The notes: generated by a model from the letters alone, not told the origin. Counted from the stretch's first letter, positions 21,354-32,042 are shown. The stretch: 64,000 bases of DNA from an uncultured delta proteobacterium (GCA_963745035.1 CAVUVW010000013.1:640001-704000), one strand, 5' to 3'. Translations and numbers: made by a program.

Positions 21354-22688
21354 TTAGTAACTGTTCGCCGAATGGCTTTTCGCAACACTCGTATCAAGGT
21401 CTTTTGCAATATGTGGCCATGAGAAACTCTCCGCCGCTTCACAGTTTGGCATGGATCCAAGCATTAGCTTTTTGATATATTCAGAGATTCCTTCGACGTT
21501 ACCACCAGAAAAACACACAATTCCAGGTATTCCTCTTACGATCGCGTCAAGATCGCTCCCTTTAGGGGTAATGAGTAGAACGGGTGTTTTGAGACCCAAA
21601 GCTTCGTACACCTTACCGGTCATAATGCCCATGTCTTCCATGGGAGCATCATCACTGACGGAGGTGATCACTATGGCAAGACTGGCCCCTCGAACCGCGG
21701 CTAACGCAGCGGCGTGAGGTACCCATCCATGTGAAATAACCTTCGACGTAACGCCGAACCGGGCCGCCTCATTCAATACGTGTGCTTGCTGCCGACCATA
21801 ATAGTGAAAAAACCATTCCGCCTCGTTTTCCTGGTTTTCCATGAGCCTCTTTAGGGCTGCCATGATTGGTGAAATTACTCTCTTAGGAGGATAAAACGTT
21901 CCTGCATATACAATCGCAAAATGACCAAAGTCATAGGGCTCGACACCAGCCAGGTCCTCAGGATCGTAGCCATTTGAGACCACATGCAGTTTTGACGCAA
22001 TATCGTAGCGGTGATCCAAAGCCTTTGCCCACGAGGGAGATACAATCGTAACGGCAGCACTGCCGGCGATTAGTCGGCTTTCTCCCTCTAGCTCTTTTCG
22101 ACGCAGAGAACGACGCCGGTGAGGATTCTGCGTCCACGGGTCGCGATAATCCATTACGTAGGGGCAGTCGAGTCGATCGGACAACCGCTTCGCTAAAGTA
22201 AAGGACGCGAAGGGGGAACCCGTTGCCAAAATAACGTCTACGTCACCTTTCGAAAACCGCCTGCATTCCTTCTCTGCTTCTTGAATCCATCCAATGTTGC
22301 TGTCAATCCCAAGTGTTGCTGCAAATCTGCGACACAACGCTCCAAGAAACCATCCGATCCCTCTGTTCCAGCAGTTTAGCGAACGCGGTAGCAAAAATCG
22401 CCATCGATGCCGCGTCAAAATACGCCTGATTCCTTCTTGGCGTAGCTTGGAGCTCACCAAATCGGGATCATCGCTCTGTCGCCAAACGGACGGGTGAGGA
22501 GTGACAACCGTGACTTCCCACCCGAGGCGTGTAAGATATTTCGCAATATTCCAAGTCCTCGTACAGGCGGGCGCGCGTGACGGGGGGAACGGCTTGGCTA
22601 GAAACAGCAGCTTAGGTGATTTAGGTGTCCGCCTTTCGTGCGGGCATTCATCTTTCTGTATGGATCTGTGAGCAGTCATATAAACCAA
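21354..22688 (-). CDS. GT4-like glycosyltransferase
   Basis: PFPP, ATGSP, DYRDPW, SNGYD, YAGTFY, GKVYEAL. Confidence 0.85.
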   Translation of the reverse strand: MVYMTAHRSIQKDECPHERRTPKSPKLLFLAKPFPPSRAPACTRTWNIAKYLTRLGWEVTVVTPHPSVWRQSDDPDLVSSKLRQEGIRRILTRHRWRFLLPRSLNCWNRGIGWFLGALCRRFAATLGIDSNIGWIQEAEKECRRFSKGDVDVILATGSPFASFTLAKRLSDRLDCPYVMDYRDPWTQNPHRRRSLRRKELEGESRLIAGSAAVTIVSPSWAKALDHRYDIASKLHVVSNGYDPEDLAGVEPYDFGHFAIVYAGTFYPPKRVISPIMAALKRLMENQENEAEWFFHYYGRQQAHVLNEAARFGVTSKVISHGWVPHAAALAAVRGASLAIVITSVSDDAPMEDMGIMTGKVYEALGLKTPVLLITPKGSDLDAIVRGIPGIVCFSGGNVEGISEYIKKLMLGSMPNCEAAESFSWPHIAKDLDTSVAKSHSANSY

Positions 22689-22784
22689 TACGTCTTTAGA
22701 ATCGTCAAACTTCTCCCATGGTCCTGATCGATAGACTGCTCAGCCGCTCTCTAGTTGGTGTGTAAGCAGATTTGAAAACTTAGC

Positions 22785-23912
22785 TTATGAAGTCGCACGA
22801 ACCGTCGCAGATGAAAAATCCTGACGCGCCAGCACTTCGACGATTCTTTCCGCCGCGTGGCCGTCCCACAATTCGGGAGTTTGGATGTCGCGGCCATTGC
22901 GGCTCAGCGCCGACGAGATCGTGGAGCGAATTTTCGCCGGATCGTTGCCCGCCAGTTGATTGCAGCCGGATTCGATGGTGACCGGACGCTCGGTGTTGTC
23001 GCGCAGGGTGACGCACGGCACCCGCAACACGGTCGCTTCCTCTTGTACTCCGCCGGAGTCGGTAAGGATAATGCGCGCCTTGCGATTGAGGGCGAGCATG
23101 TCGAGATAGCCGAGCGGCGGGCTCACAATGATACCTGAGACTTTGTCCAGCCGCTGCAAGATGCCCCATTGCTCCAGGTTTTTTCGCGACCTAGGATGCA
23201 GCGGCCATAGGATCGGCAGCTCGCAGCCGATTTCGCTGAGCGCATCGATTATGCCGCCCAACGTAGCCGGATCATCGACGTTGCTCGGCCGATGCAGGGT
23301 CAAGGTCGCGTAGCGACCCTCCTCCACTCCGAACCGGCGCAGAGTATCGCGATCCTGGGTCCGGGCAAGGAGCGCCAGCAGCGAATCGATCATGACATTG
23401 CCGACGAAATGAATGCGCTCCGGCGCGACGCCTTCTCCCCGCAGGTTGCGATCGGCGTCGCGGGATGGCGTGAACAGCAAGTCGGAAACGCTGTCGGTGA
23501 CAAGACGGTTGATTTCCTCCGGCATCATCCAATCTCTGCTGCGCAGGCCGGCCTCCACGTGGGCGACCGGGAGACAGAGCTTCTTGGCGGTGATTGCACA
23601 GGCCATGGTAGAGTTGACATCGCCGACGACGACCACCACGTCGGGCCGGTCCTGCACGCAGACCTGCTCGAACGCCATCATGATTTTGCCGGTTTGCTCC
23701 GCGTGCGTTCCCGACCCGATGCCCAAAAAGAGATCCGGCGCGCCGAGGCCGAGCTCTTCCAGAAACACGTCAGACATGTCGAAATCGTAATGCTGGCCTG
23801 TGTGCAATAGCTTGGCGCTGAACTGCCCGGGGCGCTCACGGAGCTCTTTCATGAGCGGCGCCACCTTCATAAAGTTAGGCCGCGCGCCCGCGACGAGTAA
23901 GACGTTGATCAT
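22785..23912 (-). CDS. wecB: UDP-N-acetylglucosamine 2-epimerase (non-hydrolysing)
   Basis: GARPNFMK, HTGQH, VGDVNS, HVEAGLRS, PEEINR, TLHRP, TDSGGVQEE. Confidence 0.95.
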   Translation of the reverse strand: MINVLLVAGARPNFMKVAPLMKELRERPGQFSAKLLHTGQHYDFDMSDVFLEELGLGAPDLFLGIGSGTHAEQTGKIMMAFEQVCVQDRPDVVVVVGDVNSTMACAITAKKLCLPVAHVEAGLRSRDWMMPEEINRLVTDSVSDLLFTPSRDADRNLRGEGVAPERIHFVGNVMIDSLLALLARTQDRDTLRRFGVEEGRYATLTLHRPSNVDDPATLGGIIDALSEIGCELPILWPLHPRSRKNLEQWGILQRLDKVSGIIVSPPLGYLDMLALNRKARIILTDSGGVQEEATVLRVPCVTLRDNTERPVTIESGCNQLAGNDPAKIRSTISSALSRNGRDIQTPELWDGHAAERIVEVLARQDFSSATVRATS

Positions 23913-23998
23913 GGGTGTAATGAGAGATTACCGAGTCCCACCGCTCCCGCTGCGTCTGGCAAGACTATCCGCGAGCGAGCTGAACTGGGAACGGCCTC

Positions 23999-26833
23999 TT
24001 ATAGCAAGGGAGAGCTTCCGAGTTTGCGCTCCTGAAAAAGCTTCTTTAGCTCGGGATTGACAATCTGCGACTCGAGGGATCTCAAAAGATCGCCGACACG
24101 GCTCTTGGGAAACGCGTCTACATTCGCGCCCAGCCGAGCGACTTGCTCGCGCAGGACGAGCGGAGCCACCGGCCCCAAGGCCTCGGTAAGCGACTGCGAC
24201 AGCCGCTCCATGAATTCTTGAGATGCAACCGCGGCCGTTTCATCTGCCGGCGACTTGCCGCCGCGCCCGGTAAACACTTCAAATCCGCTGGAGCCGTTCC
24301 GTTTATCATGGCCGTTCGTGCCGGCGGGAGTGCTGTCCTGTTCGCTCTTGCCGTTCTTTGCGGCTTTGGTCTCATCGGACGGTCTGGGCGAGACTTCAAC
24401 CGCTGCATCGAACCCGTCGCCTTCTTCGTCGGCCGGTTTTCCGTTTCGCTGGCGCGCGAAGTTATCCGCCGTCGCCGAATCGGTGCTGAAATAGGACGAA
24501 TACGACTGGAAGTACGAGTAGCTCGGATTATCGAGGCTGACACTGTTCAGAACGACGCCGAGCAGCCGCGCGCGCACCATATCGAGTTGCTCGACGGCTT
24601 TCTTCGCGAACGTTTCGCTGGTTGACTGACCGTTGAGGACAAGCAGGACCCCATCGCTCATGGACGACAACACTGAGGCGTCGCTGATGGTGATCGCGGG
24701 CGGAGAGTCGATCAAGACAAAATCGTAGGTTGCGCGCAGCGCTTCCAGCGTCTGCTTCATTTTTCGCGAGCCCAGAAGCTCGCTGGGGTTGGGCGGCACG
24801 CGCCCGCGCGAGAGAAGAGAGAGCCTCGCGACCGAGGTTCGCTGTACGCACTCCTCTATAGGCGCGCCGCCGCTCAACACCTCGGAAAGCCCCTTGCCGT
24901 TGCGTAGGGCGAGGCGGGTATGGCAACACCCCTTGCGCATGTCGCCGTCGATCAGCAAAACGGAATACTCGTCTTGCGCCAAGGCAATGGAGAGATTCAG
25001 GCTGGTAACCGTCTTTCCTTCGCCGGGCGAGGGGCTGGTCACCAGGATGATCTGCGGCGGCTTCTCCGCCTGGGACAGCAACAACGCCGTCCGGATGCTG
25101 CGATACGACTCGCTGATCACCGAAAGCGGGCTATAAGCGACGGTTAACTCCTTGGCCGGCTCGCGCCCATGTTGCTGAGGCGCGTCGTGGCCGGGGCGAG
25201 CCAGAGCGGTTGTTTGCCGGTCGATAAACTTCCGTTGGCTCAAAAGCTTGAGATCGGGAACGATGCCGAGGGTTCCGAGTCTGACGCAGCGCCACACATC
25301 TTCCGGCGTGCTGAGCGTCGAGCTCATGTATTCCTGGGCGAAGGCGGTCCCGCAGCCGGCAAACAGCCCGAGCATGATGATCGCGAGCAAGTACAGCGGG
25401 ATGTTCGGCGAAGATGGCTGCAAGGGCCGCACCGCGCGTTCGGCGATTTGCATATTCGAAACCGCGATGTCGTTGGACACGTTGGTCTCGCTCAACCGCT
25501 TGAGCACGTTCTGGTATAGGGTGCGATTGGCGTTCACCTCTTCCTGCAAGACTGTGTAATTCACGCCCAAGGCTTTCAATTTGAGAGCGTCGCGCTGCTG
25601 ATTGTCGGCCTCGACTTGCAGCGCCCGCTCTTTGGCGAGAGCCGCGGCGTAACCCGACTTTACGCCCCGGACCACGTTGGCGATTTCGCTGCTCAGTGCT
25701 TGCCGGGCGGCGTTGATCTGCTGTCCCAGCTCCTGAATGCGCGGGTGGTCGGGTTTAAAGATCGTCGAAAGCCGGCTCCGCTCCGCTTCCAGAGTAGCCA
25801 TATTGCTCTTCAGTTGCTGAACGATGCCTTGTCTCATTATCTCGGAGAGGTCCTGATAATTCCTGTTCTCCACGGTCTTATACAGAGACTCCGCCTCGAG
25901 GCGCTGTGCCCGCGCCGCGGTCAGTTGCCGATTGACGTCAACCATCCGATCGACGACGATGTTTTCGCCTTTCTCCACCGATACGACGCCGTGCGTTTGG
26001 CGAAAATTGTTCAATTCGGCTTCGGACTTTTCCAGCTTCTCTCTCAGCTCGACCTTTTTCTGGTCGAGAAACGCGCGCGCCTCCTTGGTCAGGCTGAAGC
26101 GGTTCTGCAAGTTCATCCACATGAAGCTTTGCACGTGAGCGTTGGCAAGAACCTGCGACAGAGTCGGATCCGGAGTGGTAAACTCCACCTTCACCAAGCG
26201 CGTTTTGGGCACCGGATTGACGAAAAGCAACTGGTTGTAGCGGTTGATGAGATGCGGCGACACGGCGATCTCGACTTCGCCCGTCTCGGCCTTGGCCATC
26301 GCTTTGACCGCCTCGGAATTCTCCGTTTCAGGCTGCGACCTGAAGAGCGGCGCGACATAGGAGAATAAACCCAACAGGCGAAAGACCCACGACCTTATGT
26401 GATCCAGCGGGTTGGGGCTGACAATGCGGGATTTGGTGAAGATCGTGTTCGATTTGAGATCGAGATCAGTGATTACCTTGGCCACCAGCGGACGGCTTTT
26501 CAAGAGCGCGAACTGGGTTTGATAGTAATCATACTGCGCGCCGCCGCCTTCAGTGGGCGATTGCATCTCGCCGACGCCCGTGACCTGTGGATTCTGCGGC
26601 TCGATTTTGACTGTGGCGGCCGCCGTGTAGAGCGTGGTTGCGGCAAAAACAAAGTATGACCCGATCGCGAAAACGGTCAAAAAAACGATGAGAACAATGC
26701 GCCGGCGCTTGACCAGCATGTTCCAATAATCGAGCAGATGCACTTCGTCCGACTGAGAATCACGAGCATACTCGGGCTCGAGCTCATCGCTCTCGGCCAA
26801 ACGGCGAATGCGCCAAGGAGATAGTTCCTTCAT
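23999..26833 (-). CDS. wzc: Polysaccharide co-polymerase/tyrosine autokinase with C-terminal extension
   Basis: Two TMs flanking coiled coils; Walker A SPSPGEGKT, IDGDMR, IDSPP; Tyr cluster YSYFQSYSSY. Confidence 0.93.
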   Translation of the reverse strand: MKELSPWRIRRLAESDELEPEYARDSQSDEVHLLDYWNMLVKRRRIVLIVFLTVFAIGSYFVFAATTLYTAAATVKIEPQNPQVTGVGEMQSPTEGGGAQYDYYQTQFALLKSRPLVAKVITDLDLKSNTIFTKSRIVSPNPLDHIRSWVFRLLGLFSYVAPLFRSQPETENSEAVKAMAKAETGEVEIAVSPHLINRYNQLLFVNPVPKTRLVKVEFTTPDPTLSQVLANAHVQSFMWMNLQNRFSLTKEARAFLDQKKVELREKLEKSEAELNNFRQTHGVVSVEKGENIVVDRMVDVNRQLTAARAQRLEAESLYKTVENRNYQDLSEIMRQGIVQQLKSNMATLEAERSRLSTIFKPDHPRIQELGQQINAARQALSSEIANVVRGVKSGYAAALAKERALQVEADNQQRDALKLKALGVNYTVLQEEVNANRTLYQNVLKRLSETNVSNDIAVSNMQIAERAVRPLQPSSPNIPLYLLAIIMLGLFAGCGTAFAQEYMSSTLSTPEDVWRCVRLGTLGIVPDLKLLSQRKFIDRQTTALARPGHDAPQQHGREPAKELTVAYSPLSVISESYRSIRTALLLSQAEKPPQIILVTSPSPGEGKTVTSLNLSIALAQDEYSVLLIDGDMRKGCCHTRLALRNGKGLSEVLSGGAPIEECVQRTSVARLSLLSRGRVPPNPSELLGSRKMKQTLEALRATYDFVLIDSPPAITISDASVLSSMSDGVLLVLNGQSTSETFAKKAVEQLDMVRARLLGVVLNSVSLDNPSYSYFQSYSSYFSTDSATADNFARQRNGKPADEEGDGFDAAVEVSPRPSDETKAAKNGKSEQDSTPAGTNGHDKRNGSSGFEVFTGRGGKSPADETAAVASQEFMERLSQSLTEALGPVAPLVLREQVARLGANVDAFPKSRVGDLLRSLESQIVNPELKKLFQERKLGSSPLL

Positions 26834-26913
26834 TTAAACCTCAAGGGGCTAAGTATTTGTTCGGACTGATTGCTCGGTCGGCCGTTGCAACCCGGAGCTG
26901 CCGGCCGCTCGAA

Positions 26914-27969
26914 TCATCTGGCCATCTGACCAATGGACATCCCGCCCAGTAAAGTTCCCACGAATCGTTTGACGATATACTTGGCCGTGCTGGTCGGAAC
27001 GACGATGACGTCGTCGGCTTGTATCTGCGGATCGGGAGCGTTTCCTTCCATCACGCGGGCCAGGTCTAGAGAGATTGTCTGCATGTTGCCCGGACCCTTG
27101 CGGCGAAATATCGATATCTCGCTGGAATACAACTCATAGTTGACGCCTCCCGCGGTTGCCAACGCTTGGGTGAGGGAATATCGCCGGCCCAGAGCATAAG
27201 AACCCGGCTTATGGACCGCCCCATCGACAAAAAACATTCCGGCTTCCGGCACGTTGATCATGTCGCCCGGCTGAACGGGCATATTGATCATCCCGGCGTT
27301 GTCGGCGTTAATTAACCCGACGCTGTTGGCGAGGACCGCGAGGTCGATGACGTGGGTTTCCCGTCCGCTGGCTCCGATACGGTAGATGTGGACCTGAGTG
27401 CCGGCCTTTTCGGAAATGCCGCCAGCGACGGCTAAGCTTTCGATCACGGTTTTCGGCCCCGTGAGCTCATAAGTGCCGGGTTTTAGCACGGCGCCGATCA
27501 CCGACACCTTTTGGCGAAATTCTTTGATCAAAACGCCCACCTGAGGATGGTAGATGTATTTGTCGTATTGCTGCCGGAGTTTTTGCTCGAGATCAGAGAT
27601 CGTAAGTCCCTTGATCTCTATTTCGCCTACCACGGGCAGCGAAATCTGGCCCTGATGACTGACCCTTACCGTGACTGTCCTGGGCGTAACCTTTCCGTCC
27701 GCCTCCGGGATGTTAAACAGCGTGATCTCCAATAAATCCTCCGGACCGATCCGATAGTCCGGGGACGAGTTGGAAGCCTGGAGTACCGAGGCGGCCGCGA
27801 TCGTGCGATTGATATCAGCCACCGCGCTCGCGGAGCCTGAAGTCACGGTGAGCTCGTTCGAGCGCCTTTCTACCATCTCCGGACTCGGGCTCTGGACGGC
27901 CGGGCTGCACGCGCTGGCCAATAACGCGCCAGCGATCAAAGCAATTAGTACCTGTTTGCGGCGATTCAT
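26914..27969 (-). CDS. wza: Polysaccharide export lipoprotein with SLBB domains
   Basis: Lipobox LASAC; YRIGPEDLL, GQISLP, two SLBB repeats (VIGAVLKPG, VDGAVHKPG); AAGGAG RBS. Confidence 0.9.
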   Translation of the reverse strand: MNRRKQVLIALIAGALLASACSPAVQSPSPEMVERRSNELTVTSGSASAVADINRTIAAASVLQASNSSPDYRIGPEDLLEITLFNIPEADGKVTPRTVTVRVSHQGQISLPVVGEIEIKGLTISDLEQKLRQQYDKYIYHPQVGVLIKEFRQKVSVIGAVLKPGTYELTGPKTVIESLAVAGGISEKAGTQVHIYRIGASGRETHVIDLAVLANSVGLINADNAGMINMPVQPGDMINVPEAGMFFVDGAVHKPGSYALGRRYSLTQALATAGGVNYELYSSEISIFRRKGPGNMQTISLDLARVMEGNAPDPQIQADDVIVVPTSTAKYIVKRFVGTLLGGMSIGQMAR

Positions 27970-28324
27970 AAGAGACTCCTTACACCGGAGCTGTGACAAT
28001 AGTTGACTCTGGACCGCTCACGCCACCCCTGTGCGCGACCGGCGACTTCTACCAATCTCACTTTGCCTGCGCAACCAGGAAAAGGATTCCGTTTGGAGAT
28101 AGCTCCGCCCATGGGCATTGATCCCCTTTCTGACGCATTTGACATGCAGCACCAACTTCTAATGAGCCCCACCAGCAATCCGCTAAAGCTCTCTACGGAC
28201 ATGCTAAGGCTCGCCAACCAGCCACTTAACGGCTACTCCGCTGTTTCCGTGAAGTCAGGCGGACCGTCTGGAAGCTCACCGGGAATCCCCGATTTGCTTA
28301 ATTCCCGGCGCTAAAATCCAATCT

Positions 28325-28900
28325 TCACGCGTTCAGGCAAGACGCCACCCACCCGGCGTTGATGTAAGCGGCCGGCACTTCCACTGGCACGTGCCGGCTC
28401 AACATTGCCATCAGAACCTTAACGCGACTTTTGGTATCAGGAGGTTCTTGAATAATGCCAACAAGGCCCCGCAGGGGTCCTTTCGCGATTTGAACCTCGT
28501 CTCCAACCTTCAGATTAGACCGCGCGACGATAACGCCTCGGGAGTCGGCTTGGTCCTTCACGAAATCAATAACGCTGTCTTCAACGGCCGCTGCGGCGCC
28601 GCCGAAACTTACGAGCTTTCTTGTGCCGCGGCACCATACAACTTGCGAGTATTCCGAAGAGGACGCATCGATTCGAACAAACAGGTAGTTGGGAAACAAG
28701 GAAACGATCTGTTGGCCAGGCTTCCTTGCGCTGGGCAAAAATAACTTCGGATAGAAAACCTCTATACCTTTGGAAACAAGATGGAATCGAGCCGTTTCTT
28801 CATTCCGCGGCTTGGTCAAGACGACGTACCATTTCTTTCCGACGTGCTGCTTAGTTTGCTCCACTGGCGCCACACCTTCTAGGGTCTTAGTACTGAACAT
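28325..28900 (-). CDS. NusG-paralog transcription antiterminator (RfaH/UpxY-like)
   Basis: WYVVLTKPRNE, LFPNYLFV, KOW motif GDEVQIAKGPLRG; first gene of the wza-wzc operon. Confidence 0.9.
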   Translation of the reverse strand: MFSTKTLEGVAPVEQTKQHVGKKWYVVLTKPRNEETARFHLVSKGIEVFYPKLFLPSARKPGQQIVSLFPNYLFVRIDASSSEYSQVVWCRGTRKLVSFGGAAAAVEDSVIDFVKDQADSRGVIVARSNLKVGDEVQIAKGPLRGLVGIIQEPPDTKSRVKVLMAMLSRHVPVEVPAAYINAGWVASCLNA

Positions 28901-28937
28901 TGTCAAAAGCCGAGCTAGTTAACTTCGTCCCGTTAAA

Positions 28938-28953
28938 AGCAAATGCCACACCA
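28938..28953 (-). promoter_or_regulatory. Sigma-54 promoter for the nusG-paralog/wza/wzc operon
   Basis: TGGTGTGGCATTTGCT (GG-N10-GC), ~40 nt before the start codon. Confidence 0.7.
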
Positions 28954-29303
28954 TGAATAAAACCCTAGAAAGTAATGACTTATCACAGCAGGAATGGCGG
29001 GCTTAGACGCTTTTGACAACGGCGATGACACAGCGGTTACCCGATTGGGCACAAATCCGCCTCTACTTTCTTCAAAAGCCCCCAAGCCGCAACCTTGGCG
29101 GCAGGGCATTTGCGACCGAATGGTAGTTGCTACGTAGAGGATCGGGTAATGTGGGCCCCCACCGTAAGCACCCGTTAAGCTGGATGAAAAAGCTGCGCGT
29201 TCGATGCAAAAGTTCGACGGCTTGCGTGCCCGGTGGTGGCAGAGCTACAAGGAAATCGGTGGAGTTGCGAGCGGATAGGAAAGGCTCAGGGCATCACGCA
29301 GCG

Positions 29304-30056
29304 TTAGCCGCTTCGGAGATAGCGGTTCCAGATGCGAAATAAGTCCTGCATTGCTCGGATAAAATCACGGTAAGTCAGCTTGGACCCGGGCACGTCTCGC
29401 CACTCCCGCAAAGGGAATTCATAGATGATTTGCTCCGGCTGGAAAAGGCACGTGCCCCGCCTGGACTGGATGAGCCTTGCGAGTATTTCGACGTCGAATA
29501 TCCATTTCGACACGAACGGCTGATGAAAGAGCGCGCCGAGAGAGGATGTTCGAAAAAGCTTCGCGCCGCACTGAGTATCGTACACCGCCAAGCCCAGGAT
29601 CAGGGACGCTGCGGTGGCGAAAACGCGTCCAAGATAGTGCCGGCTTGGCCGTCGCTCGATCTTTCTCCCCAGCAGCTTGACTCGGGAACCCATGATGAGC
29701 TCGAGATCGCGCCGGCTCTCCGCCAGATCGATGAATTCGAGTATGGCTCCAAGGGGCGTCGCCAGATCGGCGTCCCAGAAGCCGACGTAGTCTGGGTTGG
29801 AGTGGACGGCGGCCAGAATTCCTCGTCGAACGGCTTCGCCCTTGCCGCAGTTTTTTTCCAGGTTCAATATGGAATACGTCGGCAGCTCGGATGATTGGAG
29901 AGAGCTGAGGAGTGTCAGGGTCGCATCGGTGCTGCCGTCGTTGACAAACAGGAAAGCGACCCTGTGGGACGAAGAGGCAAAGTTGTGAAACGCCAGGATG
30001 TCTAGCCTGTTCTCTTCGTTGTAACAGGGAACAACGATTGCCGCGCTCGCCATCAA
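29304..30056 (-). CDS. GT2 glycosyltransferase (polyprenol-phosphate GT-like)
   Basis: VVPCYNE, VNDGSTD, GKGEAVR, DADLA, DTQCGAKLF, FDVE. Confidence 0.9.
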   Translation of the reverse strand: MMASAAIVVPCYNEENRLDILAFHNFASSSHRVAFLFVNDGSTDATLTLLSSLQSSELPTYSILNLEKNCGKGEAVRRGILAAVHSNPDYVGFWDADLATPLGAILEFIDLAESRRDLELIMGSRVKLLGRKIERRPSRHYLGRVFATAASLILGLAVYDTQCGAKLFRTSSLGALFHQPFVSKWIFDVEILARLIQSRRGTCLFQPEQIIYEFPLREWRDVPGSKLTYRDFIRAMQDLFRIWNRYLRSG

Positions 30057-30979
30057 GATCCGTGTTCAGTGCGGACGCCACATGAGCGATCGGCTGGGTT
30101 CTTCAAACGCGCGCTCCGATATCCTTTCTCAATCAAATACGCCTCCAAGGCATCGCGCCAGGAACGAAGCTTAACAAGACCCCGCTCGCTCCGGAGCACC
30201 GAATTCTGCGGTCGGCGCGCTCGCGTCGGATACTGATTTCCCGAAACGGGAACAATGGAGGCGGCGTCGGCGGCGAGCTCCAGCGCTTTGTGCGCAAACT
30301 CGTACCACGTGCAGGCGCCGTCATTGGTGACATGGACGATACCATCGGCCTCGGCGTCGATTAGAGCCGCCAAAGCCTGGGCGGCGTCACGGCTGTAGGT
30401 TGGAGACATGCGGATATCATTCACGACTCTTAGCGCTTGCCCGGCTTTTGCCTTGGCGAGAATGGTTTCGACGAAATTGCCGCTTTTTGCCCGCGCGCCG
30501 GTCCTGCCGAAAAGACTCGCCGACCTGATAATCAACCATCGTCGGGCGGCTTGACGGACCAGAAGCTCGCCGCTGAGCTTGGAAGCGCCGTACACGTTGA
30601 CCGGCAGAGCCGGATCAGATTCCGTGTAAGGCGACGGCTTGGATCCGTCAAACACGTAGTCGGTGCTGACATAAACGCACGCCGCATCGCGCTCGGCGCA
30701 CGCGCGCGCAACGTGGAGAGCGCCCAACGCATTGACTCCAAAGGCTTGCTCGGCCTGATCTTCGCAGTCGTCGACCCGCACGAATGCGGCGCAGTTTACG
30801 ACGATGTCCGGGCGCGTTTGGCTAAGCGCAGCCCGCACGGACTGGTAAATCGTGCAGTCGGTCTGAGCGCGCGTCAACCCGATGACCTCGAAATTGGCCG
30901 ATCCCTGGAGCGTTTCCACCAGATCGCTGCCGAGTTGCCCGGCGCTCCCCAGAACGGTTATGCGACGTTTACTTTTCAC
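30053..30979 (-). CDS. rmlD: dTDP-4-dehydrorhamnose reductase
   Basis: LGSAGQLG, STDYVFDG, YGASK, SPTY. Confidence 0.93.
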   Translation of the reverse strand: MKSKRRITVLGSAGQLGSDLVETLQGSANFEVIGLTRAQTDCTIYQSVRAALSQTRPDIVVNCAAFVRVDDCEDQAEQAFGVNALGALHVARACAERDAACVYVSTDYVFDGSKPSPYTESDPALPVNVYGASKLSGELLVRQAARRWLIIRSASLFGRTGARAKSGNFVETILAKAKAGQALRVVNDIRMSPTYSRDAAQALAALIDAEADGIVHVTNDGACTWYEFAHKALELAADAASIVPVSGNQYPTRARRPQNSVLRSERGLVKLRSWRDALEAYLIEKGYRSARLKNPADRSCGVRTEHGS

Positions 30980-32042
30980 GATCGTGACTCTGTACCTTGT
31001 CCGCTGCGCCCCAGACCCGATCATAAACGGCATTGTAATAAACCCGATACTCGCCGGAGGTAACGCGCCGAATCCACTCGCCGTGGTCAAGATACCACCT
31101 AATCGTGCTCTGCAGACCGGCTTCGAAAGGCGTGCTTGGATGCCAACCGACCGCCGCGCGAACTTTCTTCGACTCGATCGCATACCGGCGGTCGTGTCCC
31201 GGACGATCGGCGACGAAACGAACGCGGCCTTTGAGCTGACCGACGTCGGCGCCGGTCTCAGCGGCGATGGCGCTGCACACCGCTTCGACAACCTCGAGAT
31301 TGGTGCGTTCCTTGCCGGTGCCGATGTTGTAGATCCCGGGTGGGCATTCTTGGTTCAGCATAGCCAAAATCGCCCGGCAATTGTCTTCCACATACATCCA
31401 ATCGCGGATCTGCTCTCCATCTCCGTAGACCGGAAGGTCAAGACCTTGCAGGGCGTTGCGAATAAGCAACGGAATGAACTTCTCGGGAAACTGACATGGC
31501 CCGTAGTTGTTCGAGCTCCGGGTAATCATAATCGGCACGCCATAGGTGCGTTGATAAGAGCCGCATAGTAGGTCGGCTGCCGCTTTACTGGCGGCATAGG
31601 GGCTGCTGGGTAGCAGTGGCGCCTCTTCGGTCGAAGCTTCTTTTGCTTCCTTGTCCCCATAAACTTCGTCGGTCGAGACTTGCAGGAAACGACCGACGGG
31701 GAAGCTGCGCGCCGTTTCAAGCAGCGCGTGAACGCCGTCGATGTTTGTATGCAGAAAGGGCGACGCATCGAGGATGCTCCGGTCGACGTGGGATTCGGCG
31801 GCGAAATTGACCAAGCCCCACGGGCTCTCCTCTTGAAGGATCCGCGCCATCAATGCGCGATCGCAGATATCGCCACGCACGAAACGATAGCGTTCGCCCG
31901 GGATTTCGCTCACGTTGTCCGGATTTCCCGCATACGTGAGCTTATCGACGTTGACGATACGCCAATCGGTCTCGGCGCCGAGCAACCTGATAAAGTTGGC
32001 GCCGATAAACCCGCATCCGCCCGTGACCAGGATGGTTTTCAT
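30969..32042 (-). CDS. rmlB: dTDP-glucose 4,6-dehydratase
   Basis: VTGGCGFIG, DKLTYAGN, AAESHVDRS, STDEVYG, DRPGHDRRY. Confidence 0.96.
   Translation of the reverse strand: MKTILVTGGCGFIGANFIRLLGAETDWRIVNVDKLTYAGNPDNVSEIPGERYRFVRGDICDRALMARILQEESPWGLVNFAAESHVDRSILDASPFLHTNIDGVHALLETARSFPVGRFLQVSTDEVYGDKEAKEASTEEAPLLPSSPYAASKAAADLLCGSYQRTYGVPIMITRSSNNYGPCQFPEKFIPLLIRNALQGLDLPVYGDGEQIRDWMYVEDNCRAILAMLNQECPPGIYNIGTGKERTNLEVVEAVCSAIAAETGADVGQLKGRVRFVADRPGHDRRYAIESKKVRAAVGWHPSTPFEAGLQSTIRWYLDHGEWIRRVTSGEYRVYYNAVYDRVWGAADKVQSHDREK

Noticed and set aside
28270-28310. Third GEMM-I riboswitch or terminator between the nusG paralog and wza (AAGCAAATCGGG-GATT-CCCGG on minus)
   Set aside because: Lacks the GACGCAAAGC/GGCGGAAAGC junction and P3; no U-tract after the hairpin.
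28900-28940. ops/JUMPStart element for the NusG paralog
   Set aside because: No GGCGGTAG-like sequence seen in the short leader or before wza.
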